Origin: a virus
Lineage: Duplodnaviria > Caudoviricetes
Strand: one strand, 5' to 3'
DNA: 64,000 bases
Virus record (IMG/VR): IMGVR_UViG_3300037312_001491
Coordinates: 24,096-88,095 of that record
Each line of letters opens with the position of its first letter. The stretch's first letter is position 1. Below the pieces are notes generated by a model, which saw nothing but the letters and a program-made list of their open reading frames with translations, was not told the DNA's origin and ran no database searches. The position numbers were made by a program, and so were the translations under genes. Below, piece after piece: positions 22,958-32,037 of the stretch.

Positions 22958-23443
22958 GTGGCGCGCCAGGGCAAAGTCGACACCGCGGCCTGGGTCAAGC
23001 TCCGCGAGCGCCTGGGCCAGGTGAAGCACGCCGGTCGCGTCAAGATCGGTGTGCTCGCGTCCGCCGGCCCTGTGCCTGGCGAGTCGTTCACGATGGCCGA
23101 GCTGGCCGCCGTGCATGAGTTCGGCTCGCCCGCCGCGCACATCCCCGAGCGCTCGTTCCTCCGCCGCACGTTCGACCTGCGCCGCCGCGACATCCACAAG
23201 CTCGTCGAGAACGTCACCGAGCACTTCGTCGAGGGGACGTACGACATCGACAAGGCCCTGGGCATCCTCGGCGAGTGGATGGTCGCGGCTGTCCGCAACA
23301 CCATCGTGTCACGCCAGGTCGTGCCGCGCCTCGAAGAGTCCGAGGCTGGGCGGCGCACCATCGCACGCAAGAAGTCGACGCTCACCCTCGTCGATACCGG
23401 GCGCCTCCTGTCCTCCATCGCCTGGGAGAAGGAAAACAAGTGA
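22958..23443 (+). CDS. neck/tail completion (virion morphogenesis) protein
   Basis: VKIGV, LAAVHEFG...IPERSFLR, KKS..TLVDTGRL. Confidence 0.75.
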   Translation: MARQGKVDTAAWVKLRERLGQVKHAGRVKIGVLASAGPVPGESFTMAELAAVHEFGSPAAHIPERSFLRRTFDLRRRDIHKLVENVTEHFVEGTYDIDKALGILGEWMVAAVRNTIVSRQVVPRLEESEAGRRTIARKKSTLTLVDTGRLLSSIAWEKENK

Positions 23444-23799
23444 GCCTCCTCGACTCCCTCGCGGACTTCGTCACCGGGACGTACACGGTCACGCGCACTG
23501 TCACCGGCGGCTACGACGTGCACGGCAAGAATGTCGCCGGCAGCACGAGCACGCTGTCCGTCGACGCGTCGCTCCAGCCGCTGACCGGCCGCGACCTGAT
23601 GGCGCTCCCCGAAGGTCAACGATCCCAGGAGACGCAGTGGTTCTACGCGGCCGTCCAGATGCACGGTCGCGAGCCCGGCTTCGAGCCCGACAAGGTCACC
23701 ATCGACGGTGAGCCGTGGGTCATCACTTCCGTCGAGAAGTGGGTCGACGGCGACGACGTCTGGTACCGCTGCAAGGTCTCGCGGAGGGCTGCACCGTGA
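23440..23799 (+). CDS. head closure/stopper protein
   Basis: ASLQPL...L..LPEGQR; position in the neck module. Confidence 0.65.
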   Translation: MSLLDSLADFVTGTYTVTRTVTGGYDVHGKNVAGSTSTLSVDASLQPLTGRDLMALPEGQRSQETQWFYAAVQMHGREPGFEPDKVTIDGEPWVITSVEKWVDGDDVWYRCKVSRRAAP

Positions 23800-24620
23800 G
23801 CGGCCCAGGCATCGCATGGACGACGGTCGAGGATGCTCTCCACGACTGGATCACGTACGCCACCGGCCTCGCGAACGACCACGTCATCTGGTCCGGGCAG
23901 AACGCCGACCGGCCTTCGACGCCGTTTGTCGAGATGACGCTTGGCGTGGTCCAGCGCGTCGGCCTGGACGGCGTGCAGTTCGTCGACGCGCCGCTCGTGC
24001 TCGCGCCACTCGTGGCGACGCCGACGGTCGCGACGAGCACGTTCCTCTCCGTCGCCCACGGCCGCAACACCGGTGACGGTCCGGTCCGCCCGACCGCGGA
24101 CGGCTACGGTCTGCTCGCCGACACCAACTACTGGTTCATCGTCATCGACGCCGACCACTTCCAGCTGGCGACGTCGTTCCAGCTCGCGATGGCGCTGACG
24201 GCGCTCGCGCTCTCCGCGGGATCGGGCAACGTGACGTTCGCCTCCACCGCGGACACCGTGGCCGCCGGCGCCGAGATGACTGCGAAGTCTTTCGGCATGC
24301 GGAGGGTGCGCGTCACGTTCCAGGCGTTCGCCACCGACGCCTTCGGGAACAACGCCGCCGGGCCGCTGCTCGACTCGGTGGTCACCGCTCTGCCGCGCCG
24401 CGCCAGCACCCTGCGTGCGGCGGGGGTTTGCGTGCTGGACTGCAACGCCGTCACCACGAGCGGCGGGGTCATTGATTCCAGCATCTTCGAGCCACGGGCG
24501 GTCCTGGAGATCGTCCTGTCGCTCGCCAGTGAAGTCGACGAACCGACCACGCGGATCGAACGCGCCCTGGTCACCCCCACCGTCGATGGGGTCGTCAAGC
24601 CGACCACCACGGTGGCCTGA
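23796..24620 (+). CDS. tail terminator/neck protein with internal beta-rich insertion
   Basis: Precedes sheath; VIWSGQNADRP.TPF N-terminus; insert AHG..TGD..V...NTYWF..DADHFQLA. Confidence 0.6.
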   Translation: MSGPGIAWTTVEDALHDWITYATGLANDHVIWSGQNADRPSTPFVEMTLGVVQRVGLDGVQFVDAPLVLAPLVATPTVATSTFLSVAHGRNTGDGPVRPTADGYGLLADTNYWFIVIDADHFQLATSFQLAMALTALALSAGSGNVTFASTADTVAAGAEMTAKSFGMRRVRVTFQAFATDAFGNNAAGPLLDSVVTALPRRASTLRAAGVCVLDCNAVTTSGGVIDSSIFEPRAVLEIVLSLASEVDEPTTRIERALVTPTVDGVVKPTTTVA

Positions 24621-24636
24621 TGCAAAAACTGTGCCA
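24621..24636 (-). promoter_or_regulatory. inverted sigma54-like element upstream of sheath
   Basis: Reverse complement is TGGCACAGTTTTTGCA, identical to 30884-30899. Confidence 0.5.
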
Positions 24637-24653
24637 TAACAGCTAGGAGTCCC

Positions 24654-26003
24654 ATGGCCACGCTGACCGACTACGTCCAGATCACGATTACCCGGGACAC
24701 GGTGGGCATCACCGCGCCTGGCTATGGCACCCCGCTGGTCCTGGGGTACTCGGCCACCTGGGCTGATCGCATTCGCTTCTACGAGGACCTGCCGTCGATG
24801 GTAACGGACGGGTTCGCCACCGACTCGCCCGAGTACCTGGCGGTCCAGGCGATGCTCTCGCAGAACCCCAGGCCAGTCCAGGTCGCGGTCGGCAAGGGCC
24901 TCCTCAAGCCGACGCAGGTCTACGTGGTCGGCGTGAACTCGGTCGCGAACACGACGAACTACGTCGTGACCGTGGCAGGCCACGGCGTGACCACCACGAC
25001 GCTGACGTACACGTCGGACAGCTCGGCCACCAACGACGAGATCGTCGCCGGTCTGGTGACGGCGCTCAACGGTGTCGTTGGCAAGAACTACACGGCGGTG
25101 GCAACCGGTTCGGCAGGCTCACAGGTCGTGACCATCACCGCCTCCTCGGCAGGTGAGTGGTTCTCGATCGCCATCGACGACCCGGCGTTCCTGTCGAACA
25201 AGCAGACCCAGGCGGACCCCGGCATCGCCACCGACCTCGCGGCCATCCTCAACGCGAACCCAGGCTTCTACGGCGTCTACACGACGTTCAACAGCCAGGC
25301 GATCGTCGCGGCGACGGCGGCGTGGGTCGAAGCGAACACGCGCATCTACGTACCGGACGTCCCCGAGACGCTCGCGGTCACGACGACCGGAGGCTCCGGC
25401 GGTTCGGCGGACACGCTCGACGCGCTCCACACGTCGAACTACGCGCGCACGCTCGGCGCCTACCACCCCAGCCCGGTGAACATGCTCGGCGCGGCGTGGC
25501 TCGGCAAGATGCTTCCGCTCGACCCCGGCTCGGCGACGTGGAAGTTCAAGACGCTCGGCGGCGTTGCGTTCACCAAGTACACGACGACTCAGCGCAACAA
25601 CCTGCTGAGCCGCCAGGCGAATGGCTACGAGAACGTCGCCGGTCTGTCGGTGACCTTCGAGGGCACCTCGGCTGACGGTGAGTACCTCGACGCCATCGTC
25701 GGCGACGACTGGGTCACGACGGACATGCAGGTCCGCATCCTGACCGTGATGGCGGCCGCGAACAAGACGGAGTTCGAGGACACCGGCATCGCGCGCGTCG
25801 AGGCGGCTGTCCGCGCGACGCTCAAGGAAGCTGTGCGCCGCAAGATCTACGCGGCGAGCCCGCGCCCGCAGGTCACCGTCCCACTGGCCGCGAACGTCTC
25901 GACGGCTGACAAGTCCACCCGGACCCTGCCCGACATCAAGTGGACCGCGACCCGTAGCGGCGCGATCCACAAGACGAAGGTCCAGGGGACCGTGTCCCTC
26001 TAG
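24654..26003 (+). CDS. tail sheath protein (DUF3383-like)
   Basis: DSPEYLA...SQNPRP, PGSATWKFKTL.GV, G.Y.D.I.G.DW; followed by the tube gene. Confidence 0.85.
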   Translation: MATLTDYVQITITRDTVGITAPGYGTPLVLGYSATWADRIRFYEDLPSMVTDGFATDSPEYLAVQAMLSQNPRPVQVAVGKGLLKPTQVYVVGVNSVANTTNYVVTVAGHGVTTTTLTYTSDSSATNDEIVAGLVTALNGVVGKNYTAVATGSAGSQVVTITASSAGEWFSIAIDDPAFLSNKQTQADPGIATDLAAILNANPGFYGVYTTFNSQAIVAATAAWVEANTRIYVPDVPETLAVTTTGGSGGSADTLDALHTSNYARTLGAYHPSPVNMLGAAWLGKMLPLDPGSATWKFKTLGGVAFTKYTTTQRNNLLSRQANGYENVAGLSVTFEGTSADGEYLDAIVGDDWVTTDMQVRILTVMAAANKTEFEDTGIARVEAAVRATLKEAVRRKIYAASPRPQVTVPLAANVSTADKSTRTLPDIKWTATRSGAIHKTKVQGTVSL

Positions 26004-26018
26004 TGAGGTAGCCCCGCC

Positions 26019-26459
26019 ATGGCCGTCAACCAGTACGACCCGCTCGCCATTCTCGCCAACTTCGGCGAGGTGCAGTTCATTCAGCTCGCGGAGGGCACCT
26101 TCCTGGAGGCCCAGCGCGACGAGGACTCCTTCACGAAGAAGGTCGGCGCCACCGGCGACGTGGTCCGCATCAAGAACCGCAACCGCTCGGGAACCGTCAA
26201 GGTGACGTTCCTCCAGACGTCGCCGACGAACGCCCAGCTGTCGTCGTACCACAAGAAGGGCGAGCTGATTCCGCTCACGACCGCCGACGTCCAGCCGCTC
26301 CAGGTCAAGGACCTGCTCGGCAACGTCCTCATCCACGCGACGAACGCCTGGATCAAGAAGGTCACCAACGTCACCTACGGCAAGGACCTCCAGGGCCGCG
26401 AGTGGACGTTCGACTGCGAAGTCCTCGACTTCGACTACGCGGGCGACGACCTGGAGTAA
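26019..26459 (+). CDS. tail tube protein (DUF3277-like)
   Basis: YDP, KKVGATGDV, G.VKVT..QTSP.N..L, REWTF. Confidence 0.8.
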   Translation: MAVNQYDPLAILANFGEVQFIQLAEGTFLEAQRDEDSFTKKVGATGDVVRIKNRNRSGTVKVTFLQTSPTNAQLSSYHKKGELIPLTTADVQPLQVKDLLGNVLIHATNAWIKKVTNVTYGKDLQGREWTFDCEVLDFDYAGDDLE

Positions 26460-26462
26460 TCC

Positions 26463-26915
26463 ATGCAACGTACAGAAGATCGCACCTTCACCGACGAGCA
26501 GGGCTCGCTGGACGTCAAGACGACCCAGCTCCCTGCCATGCGCGCGTTCCGCCTTCTCAACCGCCTGGCGAAGCTCGTCGGCGGCTCGCTCGGCGCGCTG
26601 CGGGGCGTCGGCTTCAAGGCCGACGTCAAGCACCTGGCGCCCATCCTGGCCGAGCTGTTCGACCGGCTCGACCCGGAGGAGACCGACGCGCTCGCGCTCC
26701 AAATCCTCGGCGGCACACTCGTGGTCGCGAACGGCAAGGCCGTCTCGCTCCACAATGCCGACGCCATCGACGGCGTGTTCGGCGGCCGCCTGATGACGAT
26801 GCTCAAGGTGCTGGCCTTCGCGCTGGAGGTCAACTACAAGGATTTTTTTCACGAGCTGCTCAAGGTCGCGGGCGACGTCAAGCCGCCGGCGATCCCGGAG
26901 CCACCGAGCCCCTAG
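26463..26915 (+). CDS. tail assembly chaperone (G)
   Basis: Between tube and tape measure; EVNYKDFF end motif. Confidence 0.8.
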   Translation: MQRTEDRTFTDEQGSLDVKTTQLPAMRAFRLLNRLAKLVGGSLGALRGVGFKADVKHLAPILAELFDRLDPEETDALALQILGGTLVVANGKAVSLHNADAIDGVFGGRLMTMLKVLAFALEVNYKDFFHELLKVAGDVKPPAIPEPPSP

Positions 26916-27097
26916 ACCTCCCCGAGGAGGTCGCCGAGGCGTTCCCCTGCTACCGCCTATGGCTGGCACAGCGGACGACCTTGACCGAGCTGGAGCACCT
27001 CTCAATCGACGACGTCGACCTGGCGTTCAAGGCGCTGGAGGAGTGGGAGGACGCCGAGCGGCGACTCCACCGGCGCCTCAACCCTCCTAGGAGCTGA
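26841..27097 (+). other. programmed -1 frameshift site and G-T extension
   Basis: GAT TTT TTT slippery run (26843-26849); the -1 frame is open to the stop at 27097 (..LEHLSIDDVDLAFKAL..), immediately before the tape measure gene. Confidence 0.8.
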
Positions 27098-27100
27098 GCC

Positions 27101-28690
27101 ATGGACGTCGCAGAACTCGTCGCATACCTCGGCCTCGCCATTGACGAGGAGGCGTGGAACCGTGGCCAGGAGCTGATCGAGAAGGCGCGCCACGGTGTCG
27201 AGGGCCTGAGCGAGGCGTCGAAGAAGCACCACAAGGAGGCCGACGAGGAGAAGTCGAAGTTCGGCGAGCTGAATGAGGTCCTGGAGAAGGGCCTCGAAAC
27301 GCTGATCGGCTACGAGGGCGTCAAGTCGTTTGGTGAACTACTCGAACACACGTCGAGGATGGTGTTCGAGGCCGGCAAGATGGCCCAGCGCATCGGCATG
27401 AGCGTCGAGTCCCTCCAAGCTCTCCAGTACGCCGCATCGCAGTCGGACGTCGCCGTCGACTCTCTCCAGTACGGCCTCCAGCGCCTCGCCTTCAACCTGT
27501 CGCTGACTGGCGAGCGCGGAAAGTTCGCCGACGAGGCTCTGCGCAAGATCGGGATGACTCAGGCCGGCGTGCAGGCGCAGCTCAAGAGCGGCCACGGCCT
27601 TGACGATGTCCTCGGCGAGATGGCCGACAAGTTCAAAAGCATGCCCGATGGTGCCGAAAAGGCGGCCATTGCGATGCAGCTGTTCGGTCGCACCGCCGGC
27701 CCTGAGATGATCCCCCTGCTCGACAAAGGGCGCGAGGGCCTGGCGCAACTCAAGGAGGAGGCGGAGGACCTCGGCGCGACGATGGGCGAGGAGGACGTCG
27801 AGCAGGTCAACGAGCTGGAAAAGGCGCAGAAGCGCCTGCATGCGCGTTGGGAGGGCCTCAAATTCCAGCTCATCACCGCGGTCATTCCGGCGATTCACGC
27901 GCTGGTCGACGCGTTCGCGTTCGCGTCGAAGGTCATTAGCCACAACACGCCGGTCATGATCGGCATTTTGGCGGCGCTGTCGGCCGCCATGCTCGCAACC
28001 GCGGCATCGGCGGCGATGGCCTGGTACGCGATTGTGGCTCCGTTTCTCGCCGTCATTGCGCCAATCGCGGTAGCCGTCGCCGTCATCGCTACCGCGGTCA
28101 CGTACCTTGTCGAGGCGGTCGAGGGCAAGCTCACCAAGTTCGGGCAGGTGCTCGTCGCGGTGGGTCTGCTCATCATGTACGTATTCGCGCCGTGGATGGC
28201 CGTCGTCACCGCCATCGTCGCGCTCGGCACGCTGCTGTACCGTCACTGGGATGAGGTCGCCGACAAGTTCTCCGAGATCTGGAACAAGCTGACCGGCGGC
28301 ATGGAGGGTGTGCGCGACCTGTTCGACGAGTACGGCCCCGAGATCGCGGCAGCGCTCACCATCGCGTTCGGACCCATCGGTGCCGCGGTCGCTGGCATCG
28401 CCTGGATCATCACGCACTGGGACCAGGTCAAGGACGCGGTCGGCGCATTCGTCGGCGGCATCGACGGTGGTGCAGTCGGCCTCATGGATCGCATGCAGAA
28501 CCCGTCGCGTGCCGGCGATGCGAACGCCATCGGCAAGCCTGCCGACAATGGCACCAACAACAACGTCGAGGTGCACAACAACGTCACCATCAACACCGGA
28601 GCGAGCAAGGACGACGTGAAGCAGGTGGTCAAGGAGCACTTCGACAACACGATGGTTCACACGATGAACGCCGTGAAGAAGGGAGGCTAG
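27101..28690 (+). CDS. tape measure protein (529 aa)
   Basis: Helical, Ala-rich; IGMSVESLQALQYAA, A.AMQLFG; hydrophobic central segment; position. Confidence 0.85.
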   Translation: MDVAELVAYLGLAIDEEAWNRGQELIEKARHGVEGLSEASKKHHKEADEEKSKFGELNEVLEKGLETLIGYEGVKSFGELLEHTSRMVFEAGKMAQRIGMSVESLQALQYAASQSDVAVDSLQYGLQRLAFNLSLTGERGKFADEALRKIGMTQAGVQAQLKSGHGLDDVLGEMADKFKSMPDGAEKAAIAMQLFGRTAGPEMIPLLDKGREGLAQLKEEAEDLGATMGEEDVEQVNELEKAQKRLHARWEGLKFQLITAVIPAIHALVDAFAFASKVISHNTPVMIGILAALSAAMLATAASAAMAWYAIVAPFLAVIAPIAVAVAVIATAVTYLVEAVEGKLTKFGQVLVAVGLLIMYVFAPWMAVVTAIVALGTLLYRHWDEVADKFSEIWNKLTGGMEGVRDLFDEYGPEIAAALTIAFGPIGAAVAGIAWIITHWDQVKDAVGAFVGGIDGGAVGLMDRMQNPSRAGDANAIGKPADNGTNNNVEVHNNVTINTGASKDDVKQVVKEHFDNTMVHTMNAVKKGG

Positions 28691-28694
28691 CACC

Positions 28695-29516
28695 GTGTCC
28701 GACCAGCCCATCATCAACGACTACAAGCTCGCGACCTGCATGATCGACGGGTTTCCGATTGACGCGACCGTCTCAGAGAATCACGAACACGAAGCCGAGG
28801 TCACGGAGTTCCCCGTCGAGAAGGGGGCGGACACGACCGACAACCGCCGGCGCAAAAACCTCCGCGTGACGATGGAAGGCATCGTCAGCGACACGCCGCT
28901 CGGAGCCATCGCGCGGCACCAGACCCGTCAGTCGGGTATCCCGTCGGACACCGCGTACGCCAAGCTCATCGCGCTCGACGGCAGCGACGAGACGGTCACC
29001 ATCGTCTCGTCCAAGGGCGTCTTCAAGAACATGCTCATGACCTCGCTGGAATTCCCGGCCGAGGGCGCGGAACCACACCAGCTCCACTTCCGCGCGCAGT
29101 TCAAGCAGGTCAACTTCGTCACGAACAACCGCACGACGATTCGCGTAGCGACACCGGCCGGCGTACGCGGCCCGCTCGTCACCGGCGCGACCCTGGCGAA
29201 GCTGGGGAACATGCGCATCCTCGTGTTCACGCTCAAGGCGAAGGACCCACGGCGTCCGAGCTATCCGCTCATCCTTGTCGAGAAAAACGGCGACCGCCAC
29301 TACGAGACCTTCCCTGGCGTGTTCGGTACGCCGAAGCCCGACGGCGCCGTAGAGTCCGATGGCTACCACCCGTTCGACGCATTCGGCGCGACGCTCGACG
29401 GTCACACCGGGCAGTGGAACTACAAGGGCAAGCCGGTGACGGCGCGTCCGAACGCCTCCAAGACCGACACCAGCAACGGGTGGCACGAGTTCACCGCGGG
29501 CATGACGAACTTCTAG
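28695..29516 (+). CDS. baseplate/tail-tube initiator-like protein
   Basis: DAT.SE.H..EAEVTEFPVEKGA..TDN pattern. Confidence 0.7.
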   Translation: MSDQPIINDYKLATCMIDGFPIDATVSENHEHEAEVTEFPVEKGADTTDNRRRKNLRVTMEGIVSDTPLGAIARHQTRQSGIPSDTAYAKLIALDGSDETVTIVSSKGVFKNMLMTSLEFPAEGAEPHQLHFRAQFKQVNFVTNNRTTIRVATPAGVRGPLVTGATLAKLGNMRILVFTLKAKDPRRPSYPLILVEKNGDRHYETFPGVFGTPKPDGAVESDGYHPFDAFGATLDGHTGQWNYKGKPVTARPNASKTDTSNGWHEFTAGMTNF

Positions 29517-29526
29517 GAGGACGACG

Positions 29527-29874
29527 ATGGCGGTACACCTCATCCCACTCCTTCCGTCGCAGCCCGACTACCTATTCTCCGTCGTGCTGGAGACGACGCC
29601 GTACGGCATGCACGTGTGCTGGAACGACCGCGATGCGGCCTGGTACTTCGACGTGCTCGATGCCGGCGGCACCATCATCCAGGCCGGCATCAAGATTGTG
29701 CTCGGTGCCTACCTCGGCCGCGCAATGCGTGTGTCGCCGTTCACCGACGGCGTGTTCATCGCGGTCGATACTTCGCGTGCCGGTCTCGACGCGACGTTCA
29801 ACGACCTCGGCACGCGCGTCCTCCTCTACTACGTGCCAGCACTCGACCTGCTCGCCGGCATGATGATCGCATGA
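29527..29874 (+). CDS. small baseplate protein
   Basis: WN.RD.AWYFDV.D, GIKIV.G..L; position. Confidence 0.7.
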   Translation: MAVHLIPLLPSQPDYLFSVVLETTPYGMHVCWNDRDAAWYFDVLDAGGTIIQAGIKIVLGAYLGRAMRVSPFTDGVFIAVDTSRAGLDATFNDLGTRVLLYYVPALDLLAGMMIA

Positions 29875-30881
29875 GCACGCGCCTCTATAAGCGCGGCTGC
29901 AAGGTCACGCTCATCACGCCGAAGCGGCTGCCCAACGCGTTCTTCGACCGCGAGCCGGGCTCACAGAACGCGATCGAGATCACTGACATGCGCGTGCGGT
30001 TCGAGATTGAACGGCACGTCAAGAGTGACCCGAACCACTGCGAGGTCATCATCACGAACCTCGCGGAGCGCACGCGCAGCCTCTGCGAGAAAAAGCCGCT
30101 CCAGGTGTGGATCGACGCTGGCTACGACGGTGTGCTCTACCAGCTGTTCACCGGCGACCTGCGCCTGGGCTACTCGAAGCTGGAGAAGCCAGAGTGGCAC
30201 ACGCACATGAAGCTCGGCGACGGCGACCGCGCGCTGCGCCTGGCGCGCGTGAACCGCTCGTATTCCAGCGGCACGCCGATCCTGACGGCGGTGCGAGACA
30301 CCGCGGCCTCGATGGGGCTGACGATCAACCCGGCGGAGGCGTCGAGGCTCGCCTCGCTCCAGATCCAATTCCTGGCCCCCAAGGCAGTTCAGGGGTCATC
30401 GCGCGATGAGCTGACGCGTCTGCTGTCGCCGTACGGGATTACCTGGTCCATCCAGAACGGCCGGCTCCAGCTCCTCCGCGACACCGACGCGCTCCAGGGC
30501 CAGACGGTACTGGTTAGCCAGGACACCGGTCTCATCGGCTCGCCATCGTTCACCACGCCGACGCAGGGGAGCAGCCTCAACGGCAAGCCATCCCAAATCC
30601 GATTCAAGATGCTGCTCTACCCCCTGCTTACGCCGGGGCAGCTGGTCGAGGTGCATTCGCGCGACGTCGCCGGTCGCACCTTCCGGGTCGAACGCTTGAC
30701 ACATCGCGGAGATACGCATGGCGATGAGTGGTTCACCGAGGTCGAAGCGTCGCCGGCGCAGCCCAGCACCGGTACCAAGCCGTCCGTCGTATCTCCGATT
30801 GCGCCAGATCACCCGTTCACGGACCATGTGAAGGAGTTCGGCCAGCAGCTCACTAAGAAGTTTTCCGGAAAGAAGACCTAA
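29871..30881 (+). CDS. baseplate hub protein
   Basis: F.IE...KS.PN.....I.NL, AGY, GDG, WSIQNG.LQ, GLIGSP, G..HG.EW. Confidence 0.8.
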   Translation: MSTRLYKRGCKVTLITPKRLPNAFFDREPGSQNAIEITDMRVRFEIERHVKSDPNHCEVIITNLAERTRSLCEKKPLQVWIDAGYDGVLYQLFTGDLRLGYSKLEKPEWHTHMKLGDGDRALRLARVNRSYSSGTPILTAVRDTAASMGLTINPAEASRLASLQIQFLAPKAVQGSSRDELTRLLSPYGITWSIQNGRLQLLRDTDALQGQTVLVSQDTGLIGSPSFTTPTQGSSLNGKPSQIRFKMLLYPLLTPGQLVEVHSRDVAGRTFRVERLTHRGDTHGDEWFTEVEASPAQPSTGTKPSVVSPIAPDHPFTDHVKEFGQQLTKKFSGKKT

Positions 30882-30883
30882 GC

Positions 30884-30899
30884 TGGCACAGTTTTTGCA
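30884..30899 (+). promoter_or_regulatory. sigma54-like -24/-12 element upstream of spike gene
   Basis: TGGCACAGTTTTTGCA (GG-N10-GC). Confidence 0.6.
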
Positions 30900-30918
30900 T
30901 TAGGCTAGACTGGGCGGT

Positions 30919-31629
30919 ATGGGCTCGGAGCCGCAGCCGCTACAGACGCCGTCCCTGCCCCAGGTCCTGGCGGCAGCCCTGGACGCCGCCCTGGAGGACG
31001 TACACACGTGCTCCTGGGGGTCGGTTCTGTCATACGACGCCGCCTCCCAGACCTGCTCGGTGCAGATCATCCAGCGGCGGCCGTACACGGACGAGGACGG
31101 CGCGCGCCAGACCGAGCGCCCGGCGCCGCTGCTCGAAGTCCCGGTCCTGTTCATGGGCGCCGGCGCGTACTCGATCACGTGGCCACTCATCCCTGGCGAT
31201 GTCGTGCTCCTGCTGTTCATGGAGCGCGCGATGGACGCGTGGCACGCGAGCGGCCAGACCGACGTCGACGCCGGCGACGACCGCAGGCACTCGCTGTCGG
31301 ACGCCATCGCGGTCCCCGGCCTGCGCAGCCGCAAGAACAAGATCGACACGCCGCCGTCGGACGCGATGGTCCTCACCGGGCCCAAGATCCAACTCGGCAG
31401 CAAGAATGCCTCGAACGGCGTGCTCACCACGAGCGACGGGACCGCGTTCATCGAGGCACTCGCGTACGCGATTGCACAGAGCGCCGCAGTTCCGGCGCAG
31501 GCCCCCGGAACGGCAGCTCTGACGAATCTCTACAACGCCCTGACCAGCGGTGCTTCTCCACCGACGTCTCCTCCGACACCCGGGGGCGCGTGGCCGACCG
31601 GATCATCGAAGGTGAAGGCAGACGACTAA
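30919..31629 (+). CDS. baseplate spike (Gp138-like N-terminal OB domain)
   Basis: VPVLF.G.G...ITWP..PGD..LL.F.ER..D.W, R.HSLSDA..VPG. Confidence 0.8.
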   Translation: MGSEPQPLQTPSLPQVLAAALDAALEDVHTCSWGSVLSYDAASQTCSVQIIQRRPYTDEDGARQTERPAPLLEVPVLFMGAGAYSITWPLIPGDVVLLLFMERAMDAWHASGQTDVDAGDDRRHSLSDAIAVPGLRSRKNKIDTPPSDAMVLTGPKIQLGSKNASNGVLTTSDGTAFIEALAYAIAQSAAVPAQAPGTAALTNLYNALTSGASPPTSPPTPGGAWPTGSSKVKADD

Positions 31630-32036
31630 TGGCGCTGCTCTCGACCGACCCCATTGACCTCCTGCTCGACTCCAGCGGGGACCTCGTCATCCAGGACGGG
31701 GACCTGGTGTTCTCGTCGGGCGCGGCCGGCGTCGCCCAGGCCATCCGCCAGGTCGTGCTCCTGGTGCGCGGCGAGTGGTTCCTCGACCTCGACGCTGGCC
31801 TCCCCTACTTTGAACGCGACGGCGTGCCGGCGTCGGACGCCATCATGGGCCAGCAGTTCAACCAGGTCCATACGGAGTCGGTGTTCCGCGAGGCCATCGA
31901 GACCGCGCCTGGCGTCGGCGAAATCGTCTCGGTCAGCGCCACATACGACAACAGCACGCGCCAGCTGACGGTCGCGTGGGTCGTGGTCGCGACGTTCGGC
32001 GACACCATCTCGGACTCGCTGTCCCGGGGGATTTAG
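31629..32036 (+). CDS. baseplate wedge/sheath initiator (gp25-like)
   Basis: GDLV, GEWFLDL.AGLPY. Confidence 0.75.
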   Translation: MALLSTDPIDLLLDSSGDLVIQDGDLVFSSGAAGVAQAIRQVVLLVRGEWFLDLDAGLPYFERDGVPASDAIMGQQFNQVHTESVFREAIETAPGVGEIVSVSATYDNSTRQLTVAWVVVATFGDTISDSLSRGI

Positions 32037-32037
32037 C

